Assembly (NCBI GenBank): GCA_963827165.1
Contig: CAWGZR010000005.1
Location: 832,001-896,000 of the forward strand
DNA from: Candidatus Bathyarchaeota archaeon
GTDB lineage: Archaea > Thermoproteota > Bathyarchaeia > Bathyarchaeales > Bathycorpusculaceae
Reading direction: 5' to 3'
DNA: 64,000 nt
This document shows, one piece after another, positions 31,217-42,902 of the stretch. Under the pieces are notes generated by a model. The model saw nothing but the letters and a program-made list of their open reading frames with translations, did not search any database and was not told the origin of the DNA. Position numbers and translations under genes: made by a program. How positions within the stretch are numbered: position 1 is the first letter of the stretch; the number at the start of each line of letters is the position of its first letter.

Positions 31217-31792
31217 ATGAATCCAATTCTTCTGAAAGCGAAGAAAGTTGTCGGAACGGAAGGTTACATACTGGGCGAAATGAACGATCTCCACGTTGAC
31301 TTCAACACGTGGCAAGCCACCGCCTTTTGCGTGATCCTCAGCGGCGAAGCAGCCGGAGAACTCAACCTGAAAAAACCGTTCCTCCGAAGGATAATAATGT
31401 GTTTGCCAACCGATGTGATAGAGGCGGTAGGCGACGTGGTTACGCTAAAGTCGCCAATAAGAAATCTCAAAGACCTCGCGGAAAAAGAGGTGGAATTCAA
31501 GAGTTTTAAGGTTGAAGGGAAAAGAGTTGTTAGTCCAAACGGCTTTCTTGTGGGTGAGGTCGAAGGGCTAGATGTGGATTTCAGCGATTGGCAGGTCAAA
31601 GGTCTACAAGTCGGTTTGACGGATGAAGCCGCGTTGGAACTCGGGTTCAGCCGACCTTTCATGAGCAAGGTAGTTGTGGTGATTCCAAGCAAAGCGATAG
31701 GCGCAGTTGAAAACTTCGTCACTTTAGATGAAGGAATGGAAAACCTCAAGTCGCTGGTAGAATGCATAAAATCCTGCCAACTACAAAAATAA
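31217..31792 (+). CDS. tandem PRC-barrel domain protein
   Basis: Two repeats: KKVVGTEGYILGEMNDLHVD..IEAVGDVVTL and KRVVSPNGFLVGEVEGLDVD..IGAVENFVTL. Confidence 0.85.
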   Translation: MNPILLKAKKVVGTEGYILGEMNDLHVDFNTWQATAFCVILSGEAAGELNLKKPFLRRIIMCLPTDVIEAVGDVVTLKSPIRNLKDLAEKEVEFKSFKVEGKRVVSPNGFLVGEVEGLDVDFSDWQVKGLQVGLTDEAALELGFSRPFMSKVVVVIPSKAIGAVENFVTLDEGMENLKSLVECIKSCQLQK

Positions 31793-31795
31793 CGG

Positions 31796-31887
31796 CAGAA
31801 GCTTATTCTTGCCAACGCAATAACTCCAACCGCATACAAAGCAGAAAAAAATGCTATAACAGCTAGACTCTTAGCATTAAACTTCAT
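31796..31887 (-). pseudogene. N-terminal fragment of a QueT-family-like membrane transporter
   Basis: MKFNAKSLAVIAFFSALYAVGVIALARISF resembles the QueT N-terminus; similarity stops at the PRC gene end. Confidence 0.45.
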
Positions 31888-32281
31888 TTTATTCAATCTG
31901 GGTTTTTTTTAGGTAGGTTATTTACGGAAATTACCGCGAGAAATGCAACTATCCTCCATGAAATATCAGAACTACTCCCCAAAAATCTTTTTTCTCCCAA
32001 AGCAAGACACTACAAAGAAAAGGACACATAATTAGACAACAAGAATCATAGTTCTTTGAAGAATTGCTGAGAAATTTTCTGTCGGGGCCGTCCTTTCCAA
32101 GCCGGCATTCTGGATTTCGATTTTTCTTGTAGTATCAAGATTCAACCTCAACTGACGAGCTGAGACTCATAACGCACGACGGCGGGATATGAATTTGTGA
32201 TTTTACAATTCATAAAACTTAACTTTCAAAAACCGAGAAACTAAAAACGAGAAGATAACTTTAGCTAGTCGGTCATCCGGT

Positions 32282-32500
32282 GTGTATCTTACGTTTTTAG
32301 GGTTCATCATTTTGCTCGGAGGAATCTCCTTATGTTGGTGCTCAACAGGATTTTCCCAGGGTTCTTTTGACTCATCTTATTCAACCCTCTCAAATGGCGC
32401 CGTTGCATTATTAGCAGGCGCATTTATCGCGGTAATAGGAGCGGCGTTTTTGTTTATAGGGTTATTCTCCGCCACCCATAGGCGAACCCAATATTACTAA
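32282..32500 (+). CDS. small 2-TM membrane protein
   Basis: Two hydrophobic helices. Confidence 0.5.
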   Translation: MYLTFLGFIILLGGISLCWCSTGFSQGSFDSSYSTLSNGAVALLAGAFIAVIGAAFLFIGLFSATHRRTQYY

Positions 32501-32628
32501 CGAAATATCAGCTTGCATCCGACCGTAAAAACCAGATAAAGTATTACCAAAGACAAGGCAAGCCTCGAAAACCCTAACAATTAATAAACGACCCTAAACT
32601 TATACTCAAAGCAGGAGTTTATTTTTTT

Positions 32629-34716
32629 ATGCAGCCAAAGCAGGAATCCAAGCCTAACCGGCTCATCAACGAAAAAAGCCCTTACCTTCTACAGCATGCT
32701 TACAACCCAGTAGATTGGTACCCGTGGAGCCAGGAAGCCTTAGACAAATCCAAAACAGAAGACAAACCTATCTTTCTCAGCATAGGCTACGCAACCTGTC
32801 ACTGGTGTCACGTCATGGAAATGGAGTGCTTCAACGACAAACAAGTTGCAGACTTACTTAACGAGGCATTTGTTTGCATTAAGGTTGATCGTGAAGAGCG
32901 ACCTGACTTGGACGCTTCGTTCATGGCTGTTTGTCAAGCTATGGGCAGAAACTGCGGCTGGCCCCTCAACGTGATTTTGACGCCCAAGCTAAACCCCTTC
33001 TTTGTCCAAAGTTACATACCTAAACATAGTCGACCCGGAATTATAGGAATGATAGACCTTGTTCCTCAGGTCACACAGATATGGAAAATGCAGCGTTCCC
33101 AAATGGAAATAGTCGGCGCCGACATCAAAGCACGCATAGAAGCCGCTGAAAAACGAACTCCCCAAAACCAACTCAACGCTGGTGTCTTGCAGGATGCTTT
33201 TGATCGCCTCAAACTGGATTACGACAAAGAAAATGGCGGTTTTGGATTCGCTCCCAAGTTTCCTACCCCGCACAAACTCCTTTATCTGTTGCACCTCTAC
33301 GCACACACTGGAGACAAAGTTGCCCTGTCTATGGCTGAAAATTCTCTGCGTAAGATGCGTTTGGGCGGGATCTTTGATCAGCTCGGTTATGGCTTTCACA
33401 GGTACAGCACCGACCCAGAATGGATGGTCCCGCATTTTGAAAAGATGCTTTACGACCAAGCGCTGCTGACGATAGCGTATGTTGAGGCATACCAAGCGAC
33501 GGATGCCGCCAAGTTCAAGATCTCTGCAAAAGAAACCATTGAATATGTGCTTCGCGATTTGTCCGCGGGTGCCGGCGGGTTCTTCTCAGGTCAGGATGCT
33601 GATTCGGAGGGTGAAGAAGGTAAGTTTTACCTCTGGACGGTCAACGAAGTGCTTGATGTTTTGGCTCCGGCAGACGCGGAGTTAGCTGTTCACCTCTATG
33701 GCCTGAAGCCTGAAGGCAACTACGTTGGCGACACAAGGCACACAACCGGTATGAATATTCTGCATTTAGCTGAGCCCCTTGAAGATCTGGCTGCATACAA
33801 AGGCATGACAATCGATGAATTAATCATGCAGATTGGCAAAATTCGAAACGCCCTTTTTGAAGCCAGACAGAAACGCGTAGCTCCAGCGGTAGACGACAAG
33901 GTCTTAACGGACTGGAATGGCCTAATGATTGGGGCTTTAGCCAAAGCAGGAACCGTATTTGATAACAATTCTTATCTTAAAGCCGCTTCCAAGACAGCCG
34001 ACTTTATCGTGAATCACCTGCTCAAAGGCGACGTACTTTATCATCGTTACGCGAAGGGTGAAGTGGCTGTAGAAGGATTTCTGGACGACTATGCATACAC
34101 TATTTACGGGCTTGTAAATCTGTACGAAGCAAACTTCAAAGACACCTATCTTCAGGCAGCAGCTGACCTGACTAAAACCATGGTGAAAAAGTTTTGGGAC
34201 ACTCAAAATGGCGGATTCTACCAAACGCAAAACACCGTTTCAGGCATGCCGAAAATCAAGCAACTCTACGACGGTGCAACTCCGTCAGGCAACTCGATTG
34301 CGATGCTGGATCTACTGTGGCTTAGCCGCTTAAGCAATGAACCCCTGTACGATCAAATGGCGACCCGGATGACGAAGACCTTCACTGAAGAAGTCGAAGG
34401 AGCACCCGATGCCTACACGTTCTTTCTTTCAGCAGTTGACTTCCAACTTGGGCCATCCTACAACGTCACTGTCGTCGGCAACATAAACGATGATAGCATG
34501 CAGCTGATGCTTAAAGCGCTTAGGAACCCGTACGTGCCGACAACAGTCGTCCAGCTTAAACAACCTGACCCTGTGAGCTTGGTTTATCAGCAGATCGGCG
34601 GCAAAGCAACCGCCTACGTATGTCGCGACCAAACATGCTTACCCCCAACAGACAACCCATCAACTATGCTGGTGCAGCTTGGAACAAAAGAAGCGAAACC
34701 TGCCAAACCCATGTAG
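32629..34716 (+). CDS. thioredoxin-domain / (alpha/alpha)6-barrel protein, YyaL/SPATA20 family
   Basis: [56 protein letters not shown]. Confidence 0.93.
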   Translation: MQPKQESKPNRLINEKSPYLLQHAYNPVDWYPWSQEALDKSKTEDKPIFLSIGYATCHWCHVMEMECFNDKQVADLLNEAFVCIKVDREERPDLDASFMAVCQAMGRNCGWPLNVILTPKLNPFFVQSYIPKHSRPGIIGMIDLVPQVTQIWKMQRSQMEIVGADIKARIEAAEKRTPQNQLNAGVLQDAFDRLKLDYDKENGGFGFAPKFPTPHKLLYLLHLYAHTGDKVALSMAENSLRKMRLGGIFDQLGYGFHRYSTDPEWMVPHFEKMLYDQALLTIAYVEAYQATDAAKFKISAKETIEYVLRDLSAGAGGFFSGQDADSEGEEGKFYLWTVNEVLDVLAPADAELAVHLYGLKPEGNYVGDTRHTTGMNILHLAEPLEDLAAYKGMTIDELIMQIGKIRNALFEARQKRVAPAVDDKVLTDWNGLMIGALAKAGTVFDNNSYLKAASKTADFIVNHLLKGDVLYHRYAKGEVAVEGFLDDYAYTIYGLVNLYEANFKDTYLQAAADLTKTMVKKFWDTQNGGFYQTQNTVSGMPKIKQLYDGATPSGNSIAMLDLLWLSRLSNEPLYDQMATRMTKTFTEEVEGAPDAYTFFLSAVDFQLGPSYNVTVVGNINDDSMQLMLKALRNPYVPTTVVQLKQPDPVSLVYQQIGGKATAYVCRDQTCLPPTDNPSTMLVQLGTKEAKPAKPM

Positions 34717-34733
34717 TTAGAAAATCGGCGTGC

Positions 34734-35765
34734 TTAGAAGTTTGAAACATATTGCATCGGTGTCGGCCACCTTTCTGGAATCTTCCTTGCGCCAGCTTCA
34801 ATTTTTGTTATGCCGCTAATTCTGGCGATTTCATCCTGAATATCAAAAGATTCCTCCATATCTCTAACCATGGCCGACAATTGCAGGTCGTAATCCCCGC
34901 TTGTCTTTGTAATAATTATAACATTCTGAATTTTAGCAAGCGACTCAACTAGCGGACTCGACACGCTGCCAGGGGTTGTAAAAGCAATGTTGAAATCCAA
35001 AATTGAAGTATATCCTATTTTACTCGGGTTTATCTGGATGGAAATTTTAATTGCACCTTTTTCTTTGAGCCTATGATATCTTTTCACAACCGTATCCGTT
35101 GACAAACCCAGTTCACGCGCGATTTTAGAAAACGAAACTCTTCCATTCACCATGAGTTTATCCACTATCTGCTTATCCAACTCATCAATCATGATTCGCT
35201 CGCCAGGTGCGCAGGCGACAGGTCCTGCGTAAGTACCGTCCGTTTCTGAGGTATTTCGCCGGTTACCTGTAAAATTCAAATTCTCCGGCATATTTCTTAC
35301 TCCCGTCCAGATGTAAGTTTTCAAACCGGTCGTAGGCAGTTTACGTTTGATCAACTGCTTTACATGATCCAATTCGTTAAGGTTTCTCAATGTTGCGACT
35401 GCTCGAATGTTGTAAACACTGTCATACTGCCGATAAGCGCGTACTTCCGTTATTTTCCCAATGAGTTCCATAACCTGTTCGAGTTGCTGAGGCTCAACAC
35501 TGATGAGTAAAGTCACAAGTGCATCAAAACCGAAAGAACCAAAATTGATCTGAACAGTTGCACCATTAACTATCCCTCTTTTCTCCATCGCCTTATAACG
35601 TTTCCAAACCTTGTTCTTCGACACACCGCACCGATCTGCTATTTCATTGTAACCTGTCCTTCCGTCCCTCAGGAGACTTTTCAGAATTTCCGAATCGAGC
35701 TCTTTTATCTTAAGCAACGTTTCTTCCTTTGGCTTAATGATGAACGATTTTTCATGATTAAACAT
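34734..35765 (-). CDS. Lrp/AsnC transcriptional regulator with two HTH-RAM modules
   Basis: LDSEILKSLLRDGR and IDELDKQIVDKLMVNGRVSFSKIARELG; SGDYDL. Confidence 0.9.
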   Translation of the reverse strand: MFNHEKSFIIKPKEETLLKIKELDSEILKSLLRDGRTGYNEIADRCGVSKNKVWKRYKAMEKRGIVNGATVQINFGSFGFDALVTLLISVEPQQLEQVMELIGKITEVRAYRQYDSVYNIRAVATLRNLNELDHVKQLIKRKLPTTGLKTYIWTGVRNMPENLNFTGNRRNTSETDGTYAGPVACAPGERIMIDELDKQIVDKLMVNGRVSFSKIARELGLSTDTVVKRYHRLKEKGAIKISIQINPSKIGYTSILDFNIAFTTPGSVSSPLVESLAKIQNVIIITKTSGDYDLQLSAMVRDMEESFDIQDEIARISGITKIEAGARKIPERWPTPMQYVSNF

Positions 35766-35858
35766 TTCGCATTTCCTTAGAAAAAAACGATTGAAACAGC
35801 CAAAATATGCAATTTTTGGAGACTCTTACGCGAGAACAAACCAATAAAGGACAACTGC

Positions 35859-36885
35859 CTAAAAAGTAGAAATGTATTGGCGAGGACTCGGCCATTTTTC
35901 AAGCCTCTCTAATGATGTTATTTCAACATCAATTTTCGTGACGCCTTGAACTTTTCCCAGCTGCTCCTGAACCGAAAGAAATTGAACTAAATCCTTCACC
36001 ATTGCGTATATTTCCAAATCGTAGTCCCCGGTTGTTTTCATAATGCTTATGACATCGGGTATTTTGCCTATTTCTTCGATAATTGCTAGGGAGTTTTCAT
36101 TTGAGGTTACTGCGAAAAAAATGCATATTGCCCTGTACCCGATTTTGTTCGGGTTAACTTGAATTGTGACTTTTAATACTCCGTTTTTCTTGAGTTTTTC
36201 ATATTTTCTTTTAGCTGTGCCGTATGAGATTCCAATTTCTTTGCCGACTATCTCCATGGACACGCGCCCGCCCTCTGAAAGTTTGTCAGCAATTTTTCGG
36301 TCGGTTTGATCAAGGAGCACAGATTTAGGATTGCTTCTTTGAGCCTTTATTTGATACTGGATTGGTGACTCTTCCTTTTCAGAATTGTCGTTAATTATAG
36401 CAAGGTTGTGATTCATTTCTTTTACATCTGTCCAGATCGCGGTTCTCATTTCCAAAATCGTAAAGCGTCTTTTGAATTCGTCTTTGATGACGTCCAACTG
36501 TTCAAGTGTTTTTAAAATTACGATAACGTCCAAGTTTCCTTTTACTCCCCTGCTGTAAAAAGAGTAAACTTCCGGCATTTTCTGAAGGTAACTTACAAGT
36601 TGATCTTCCTGTCGTGAGTCCACATTGATTAAAATATGCGCTACTGCCTTGTAACCGAAACTCTTGTAATTAATGTGCGTCGTCGCACCGGCAATTATTC
36701 CCATTTCTTCCATTTTCGCATAGTTTCTTTTGACGCTTTCTTTGGTTTCGCCAATTTTTTTTGCGATTTCGCTGTCGGTCTGGCGTCCGTCGGCTAGCAA
36801 CTCTTTGAGGATTTTTGCTTGGATTAAGCTAATGTGCTCGGTAAAGTCTGATTTCCCTCGGTACCCTTCATGGTACTTTTTTCAT
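35859..36885 (-). CDS. Lrp/AsnC transcriptional regulator with two HTH-RAM modules, paralog of neighbour; 5' end frameshifted
   Basis: KILKELLADGR, DQTDRKIADKLSEGGR, TGDYDL; C-terminus WPSPRQYISTF matches neighbour's WPTPMQYVSNF. Confidence 0.88.
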
Positions 36886-37029
36886 TCTATATAAATTCAT
36901 CGTAATTTTTTTTCCTGGTTTTTCGTATGTTAGTTTGCCCTTCGAATCTACCTGGAGTCTGCATTTTTCTCCTTTCTAGAAGTATCTTCTGAACGCTGCC
37001 TTCGTCTTAACGATAAGGCTTAGCTTGGC

Positions 37030-37270
37030 CCTGACATTTCAGTCGACTTCACAGTCTATGCCAATTTCGGAGGAACCAACGGTTACTGGCCATCATCAGC
37101 TGAAAGCCACTTCAACGTTGAAAAAGCTCAATCAACAGCAGCACCAACAGCTACACCAATCAGCATGGTATAAACGTAATCAGACATCATCTAATCGGCG
37201 CGGCTATGATCATCGTGGTAATCGTCGGTATCGCAGCGCTTGCAATGCTCATCACTCAAAAACAACCCTG
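37030..37270 (+). pseudogene. orphan C-terminal remnant of a paralog of the downstream surface protein
   Basis: PDISVDFTVYANFGGTNGYWPSSAESHFNV aligns with PDISGNYTVSANFAGTNGYWSSYDTASFSV at ~40030; followed by a TM remnant. Confidence 0.75.
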
Positions 37271-37510
37271 CATGCAGCAATAAATATTGTAAATATCCAA
37301 ATTTTTATTCTTTTTTTTATTTTAGTCAATGAACAGTGAATTTCTTGTAAGTCGAGTTCAAGCCCATTTCTCGTTCATGGCAATTTATCTTATGAAATTG
37401 CTATTTTCTATAAAATAATGCAATTTTATTTGATATTTTTATAATTTTTGCAAAAGTTTTAAATATAAATGCGTTTGACACCATTGACCACAGAAACAGG
37501 AGAGAAAAAA

Positions 37511-40273
37511 ATGTCAAACAAATTAATGAAATCTTTTAAAAGCAAAACTGGAGCAATTGCAATCGTTGTATTCTTAATTGTTTCAATGTCAGCTTCAATC
37601 ATCCTAATGCCAACTGCAAAGGCAGCACCTGAACAATTCCAACATTCGCCTACATCAGCGTTTCACCCAATCCCGTTGGAGCAGGACAATCAGTAGAAGT
37701 CATCATGTGGCTAAACCAAGTAATCTTCAACGCCGCCATTGGAAACAACATCAGATTTGCAGACTATCAACTAACTATAACTACCCCCAATGGCGACAGC
37801 GCAATGACACAGACATTCGCAACGTATTTGGACCCAACATCAGCTCAAGACTATCAATTCACTCCGACTCAGGTAGGCACATACTCAATAAACTTCACAT
37901 TCCCCGGACAAACATACAACTTCCCAATAACATTCACAATGTTCGGTTCCAACGCTGCATATGAAGGAGCCTATTACGCACCAAGCGCTGCATCAACCAC
38001 GCTTACTGTTCAAGCATCCCCATTCGCTGCTTTCCCAGTTACTCCACTTCCAACAAGCTTCTGGACACGTCCAATATACGCGTATAACACTATTGGTCGC
38101 GATCTCATCAAACTGGCTGGGTGACTGTCGCACCGGGATACACGGTTTTCTGGGTACGTACAATGCAGGCGGAAACGGCGAACAATTAAACGGAGCAGGA
38201 GACGTTGTCGGCTCAATGACGAGCCACGTAATGTGGACTAAGCCCTCAATGGGTCCAGGAGGAGTTGTCGGTGGAAACCAAACCTCAATTGTCGGAGACT
38301 CATACTTCGAAGGCTCTGCATACAATCAAAGATACACAAATCCAATAATAGTTGATGGAATGCTCGTACTACACCGAACCAATATCTTTTGCGGGAGTAC
38401 CGGCTAGATTAAGCGGTAGCAAATATGGACCAACTGATCGGTGTTGAACTTACAACAGGAAAGCACTCTGGAGCCGCGCAGACATGCCGCAATATCTTTC
38501 GCATCGGTATATGACGTTCAAGACCCAAACCAACACGGAGTCTATCAGCCAATACTATTATGCTGTTCAGGAGGAGCTTCGCTTTTCGGCGTTATCCCAG
38601 AGAATCTGGCAGGCTTATGATGCGTTCACTGGTACTCAATGTTCTCGTAACATAACATTCCGGTAGGCGACATTACGCCTCTATGCTTGGACCAAACGGA
38701 GAAGAACTCATACTCAGCCTAACAAACTATGGCACCGCGATAGAACCGAACTGGTACATGCAGGAATGGAACTCATCAAGACTGTGGGGAAACAACTATT
38801 CTGGCGAATCCACATCACCACCAGTAGTTCCACCAGTCAGCAGTGCTAACAACGTGACGGGCGGTTGGACAGGCGGCATGATAAACGGCGCTTTCGTAGG
38901 AAGTATGTATGACTTCAACGTTTCAGTACCATTCAGACTCTTCCTTCGGATCAGGCCCAATTACTGCAGTCGACGGATTACAAGGATGTGAATTGCTAGC
39001 TACAGCGGCAACCTACCCTCGACTGGCGCGATCTTTATGGGTGCACAAAGCGACACTCCATACACGTACTTCGCATCAGCATCGCCGAAGACACAAAAGT
39101 CAGTGGGTCAATACATTGGCACCAGCCTTACAATCCACCACCAAGCAACATCACGGTTCTGGAGGCTGGAGTTGACCCGGTTAACGGAGTCTTCGTTGAA
39201 AACTACAGAGAAACCTCGCAATACGTAGGCTACAGCTTAGACACAGGGCAAAAAATCTGGGGTCCAACTGCACCTCAAGCAGACCTCAACTACTACGGCA
39301 GCCCAGCATCAGGCAGCTTAGCAAATGCATTCGCTTACGGAAACATGTACAGCAGCGCATACGCAGGAATCGTATACTGCTACGGCACAAAAACAGGCGA
39401 TATGTATGGACATACGGTAACGGCGGTTCAGGCAACAGCACAAATTCAGGTCTCGAAACTCCATTCGCCAACTATCCAACATTCGTCAACGCAATTGGCA
39501 GCGGTGTAGTATACCTTGTTACGAGTGAGCACACACCTGAAACACCATTATTCAAAGGTGGAACAGCAAGCGCTATCAACGCCACAACTGGAAAAGTAGT
39601 ATGGTCGATCTCAGACTATACAGGGGAATTCCAGACTTTCAGTTACGCAGCAGCAGACGGTTACAACACATGGTTCAACGGATATGACTCCCAAATCTAC
39701 GTCGTTGGCAGAGGACCAAGTCAAACCACAGTTACCGCCCCCGAAGCAGGTTTAGCTTCTGGACAATCCGTAGTAATTCGAGGCACGGTCATTGATATTT
39801 CAGCAGGAACAAAGCAAAATGAGCAGGCATCTAACTTTCCAAACGGAGTTCCAGTCTGTTCAGACGCAAGCATGCAAGCATGGATGGGTTACGTTTACCA
39901 ACAGCAACCAGCACCAAGCAACTTCACTGGCGTACCAGTGACAATATCTATCACAGACTCCAACCACAACACCAGAACAATAGGCACGGCAATGACCAAC
40001 GCAAACGGAATGTACACTTTGACATGGACTCCAGACATCTCAGGCAACTATACAGTTTCCGCAAACTTCGCCGGCACTAACGGTTATTGGTCATCATACG
40101 ACACCGCAAGCTTTAGCGTAATGCAAGCATCCTCAACAGCGCCACCCACAGTAACACCTGCTACCAACTTAGCCTCAAATAGCACAGTTGAATACGGAAT
40201 CGTTGCAATCATTATCGTCATAATCATAATCGGCGCAGTTCTCGCATTGCTCGTCACAAGAAAACATCCATAA
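37511..40273 (+). CDS. large secreted, C-terminally anchored PQQ-like beta-propeller/Ig surface protein (~900 aa); many frameshifts
   Basis: Signal peptide; PLPTSFWTRPI, HVMWTKP..GGVVGG, AINATTGKVVW, NGYDSQIYVVGRGPS, FPNGVP; TM plus RKHP tail. Confidence 0.8.
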
Positions 40274-40662
40274 GAATTGAAAAATGACCAAACCACCCCT
40301 TTCCTTTTTTTGGTATGGAAAAATTTGAGGAGAAATGAAAAAGAAATGTGGCTGAGAAGGCTCTGGTTAATATCACGCAATGGCTGCAAGAACAGTCAGG
40401 CAGATTTTTCTTTTTTCTCCTAAAAGAATTTCTTCCTTAATTTCCAGAGCCTCAGCAAACCATCCAAGAAAATCTATCTTGTCAGCAAATAGTTCCTAAC
40501 CTCGGTTTAATACAAGGTTCCGTGCTGACCTTTGAAAGAATGTCAAATTTAATGATGCACTGAAGACGCAAACAAAATTATTTGCACTTGGAAAAAGCTA
40601 AGCGGTACACTGATTAGCAATGGTATAAATGGCAATTCATATTAGTATGAAATATAGGAAAA

Positions 40663-40914
40663 GTGTGTCTTATAGTTCAAAGGAACCATGAAGGGCGATT
40701 ATACGGAACCGTCAAGGTCGGCGACAGGGGACAGATAGTTATCCCAGCCAATGCACGAAAAGAACTAGACATCAACCCCGGAGACCTCCTTTTCGTTATG
40801 ACAGGCAGAAACCACGGGGGTTTAACAATGGTCAAAGCCGATGCTATGAGAGAATTCGCAGAAAAGATAATGCAGGAACTCGAAGTTACTCAGCCTGAAA
40901 CACAAGAAACATAA
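40663..40914 (+). CDS. AbrB/MazE/SpoVT-family DNA-binding protein
   Basis: YGTVKVGDRGQIVIPANARKELDINPGD. Confidence 0.9.
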   Translation: MCLIVQRNHEGRLYGTVKVGDRGQIVIPANARKELDINPGDLLFVMTGRNHGGLTMVKADAMREFAEKIMQELEVTQPETQET

Positions 40915-40930
40915 TCCCGAGGAAAAATGA

Positions 40931-41437
40931 ATGTTTGGAAACAGCGATCAGACGCGGCAGCGCCTTCAAGGGATAATTCAGAAATTCAGAGAAAAAGAAG
41001 CCACATCGCCGGTGAAAGCGTTGACTCTTCAAGATTTGGGTTTGCCTCCTCGCTTCGAACAAGCCATGCGTCGGAGATTGGGGCAGACAGGTATTTTCGT
41101 TGAAGTAAACGGCAAATATTACCTCAATGAAGAGCGGCTTAGACAAATTCAAGAACAACGTGCAGGCAGGCCAGGTGGAGGCGGCGGATACAACAGGCAG
41201 AGACCTCCAGGATGGATGCGTTACGGCGGAATTTTGTTGATGTTGCCAGTCGGAATAATTGTTATCGCCTTCCTTTGGTTTTACTTCTTCTACCTTAATG
41301 GCGGCGGGTACTTTCCCGGTGAAATCATCCTTATCCTGCTCGTTGTTTTGGTGGTTGCATTTGTAGTTCGGATGCTGTTTTGGCGGGCAAGAAGGAATTA
41401 CATGCGGGAACGCTGGACGCAGAATAAAGCGCTCTAA
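40931..41437 (+). CDS. hypothetical membrane protein (soluble N-domain, Gly/Arg linker, 2 TM)
   Basis: ORF directly downstream of the AbrB gene; two TM helices. Confidence 0.7.
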   Translation: MFGNSDQTRQRLQGIIQKFREKEATSPVKALTLQDLGLPPRFEQAMRRRLGQTGIFVEVNGKYYLNEERLRQIQEQRAGRPGGGGGYNRQRPPGWMRYGGILLMLPVGIIVIAFLWFYFFYLNGGGYFPGEIILILLVVLVVAFVVRMLFWRARRNYMRERWTQNKAL

Positions 41438-41489
41438 ATGCAAAAAATTTTTTGGGGCACAAACCCCGAATTTTATTTCTGTTTTTTGA

Positions 41490-42899
41490 TTATATTTTAT
41501 CTAGATTGAATTCTTCATGGATAGCCCGGACTACAGCTTCTCCATCTTTCTCCTTTACTACGAAAGATATGTTCAGTTCCGAGCTACCTTGTGCGATCAT
41601 GCGGATGTTTATACCTTTCTGCGCTACTGTGGTGAATATTTTTGACGCAACTCCTAAAGTGCCTTTCATGTTAGCGCCGACCACTGCGATGACTGCAACA
41701 TCGTCTTCCGATGAGATGTCGCTGACTAAACCGCCACGATCAAGCAACGCGATTTCAAGGTTGCTAATTGCCCTGCCTAAAAGTCCTCGTTTAATAACCA
41801 TCGATATGTTGGCTTCTGAAGCGGCAGTGGAGATCATCATCACGTTGATGCCGTTTTTGCCCAAGACATCAAAGACTTTGGCATAGCTTCCGGGCGCACC
41901 AACCATTCCTGCTCCGCTGACGTTCAGCATAGCAACATCTCTAATCATCGCCACGGCTTTAACGACTTCTTTTGCGTTCAAATCAGGTTCATTAGTGATC
42001 AATGTCCCTTGGTTTTCCGGGTGAAATACGCTGCGTATCCTAACCGGTACATTTTCTTTTATGACAGGTTCTAAGGCTCTTGGATGCATGGCTTTTGCGC
42101 CGAAAATCGCCATTTCAGCAGCTTCTTGATAACTCAGCTGCGGCAGCATCTTCGCTGAAGGCACGATTTTTGGATCGGTTGTCATTATGCCGTCTACGTC
42201 TGTCCAAATCCAGATCTCGTCAGCTCCCAATGCGACGCCCAAAATTGTAGCGGTGTAATCTGAGCCTCCGCGTCCCACTGTTGTTACGACTCCGTTTTGG
42301 TCTGCGGCAATGTAACCGGTAACAACTGGGATGACGCCTTTTTCCAGCAATGGACTGAGTCTTTCCCGGATTAGATGAGTGGTGAAGTTCATGAGGGGGT
42401 CTGCTTCGCCGAAGTTTGAGTCTGTTACTATGCCTGCTTCTTTGCCTGTAAAGCACTGCGTCTCCAGTTTGCAGTCTTTCATCGCTCCCCCCACAATAGG
42501 TACTGAGAGCCGTTCGCCGAAAGACAAAACGTAATCCTTCGATTTCGGCGTAAGCTCGCCAACGTAACATATACCTGTTAAGACTTTTTCCAGTTCAGCA
42601 ATCGTGTCTTCAGTGACTTGAGTTACTTCTTTCTGTATCGTCTTGCTGGAGATGGCTGATTCGATCACTGAAAGATGCTTTTTTGAAAGTTCCGCTGTGA
42701 AGGTTTGAATGTGTTTTTCGTCGCTTCTCTTGGCTTGCTCGGCAACTTCGAGTAGGCTGTTAGTTACTCCGGCCAAAGCTGAAACAACCACGGCGATTCC
42801 GCAATTGCTTTTGGCATGTTGAGCTACTATGTCGCTTACATGACGTATGTTTTTTCCGGTGGCTACGCTGCTGCCGCCAAACTTCATTACTATCTTCAT
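41490..42899 (-). CDS. lysC: aspartate kinase
   Basis: MKFGGSSV, GERLS, GRGGSDYT, TDVDGI, two ACT domains. Confidence 0.96.
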   Translation of the reverse strand: MKIVMKFGGSSVATGKNIRHVSDIVAQHAKSNCGIAVVVSALAGVTNSLLEVAEQAKRSDEKHIQTFTAELSKKHLSVIESAISSKTIQKEVTQVTEDTIAELEKVLTGICYVGELTPKSKDYVLSFGERLSVPIVGGAMKDCKLETQCFTGKEAGIVTDSNFGEADPLMNFTTHLIRERLSPLLEKGVIPVVTGYIAADQNGVVTTVGRGGSDYTATILGVALGADEIWIWTDVDGIMTTDPKIVPSAKMLPQLSYQEAAEMAIFGAKAMHPRALEPVIKENVPVRIRSVFHPENQGTLITNEPDLNAKEVVKAVAMIRDVAMLNVSGAGMVGAPGSYAKVFDVLGKNGINVMMISTAASEANISMVIKRGLLGRAISNLEIALLDRGGLVSDISSEDDVAVIAVVGANMKGTLGVASKIFTTVAQKGINIRMIAQGSSELNISFVVKEKDGEAVVRAIHEEFNLDKI

Positions 42900-42902
42900 T
42901 TT

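Noticed and set aside
31890-31945. preQ1 riboswitch upstream of the QueT-like stump
   Set aside because: An A-rich tract is present, but the stem-loop does not match the preQ1-I consensus
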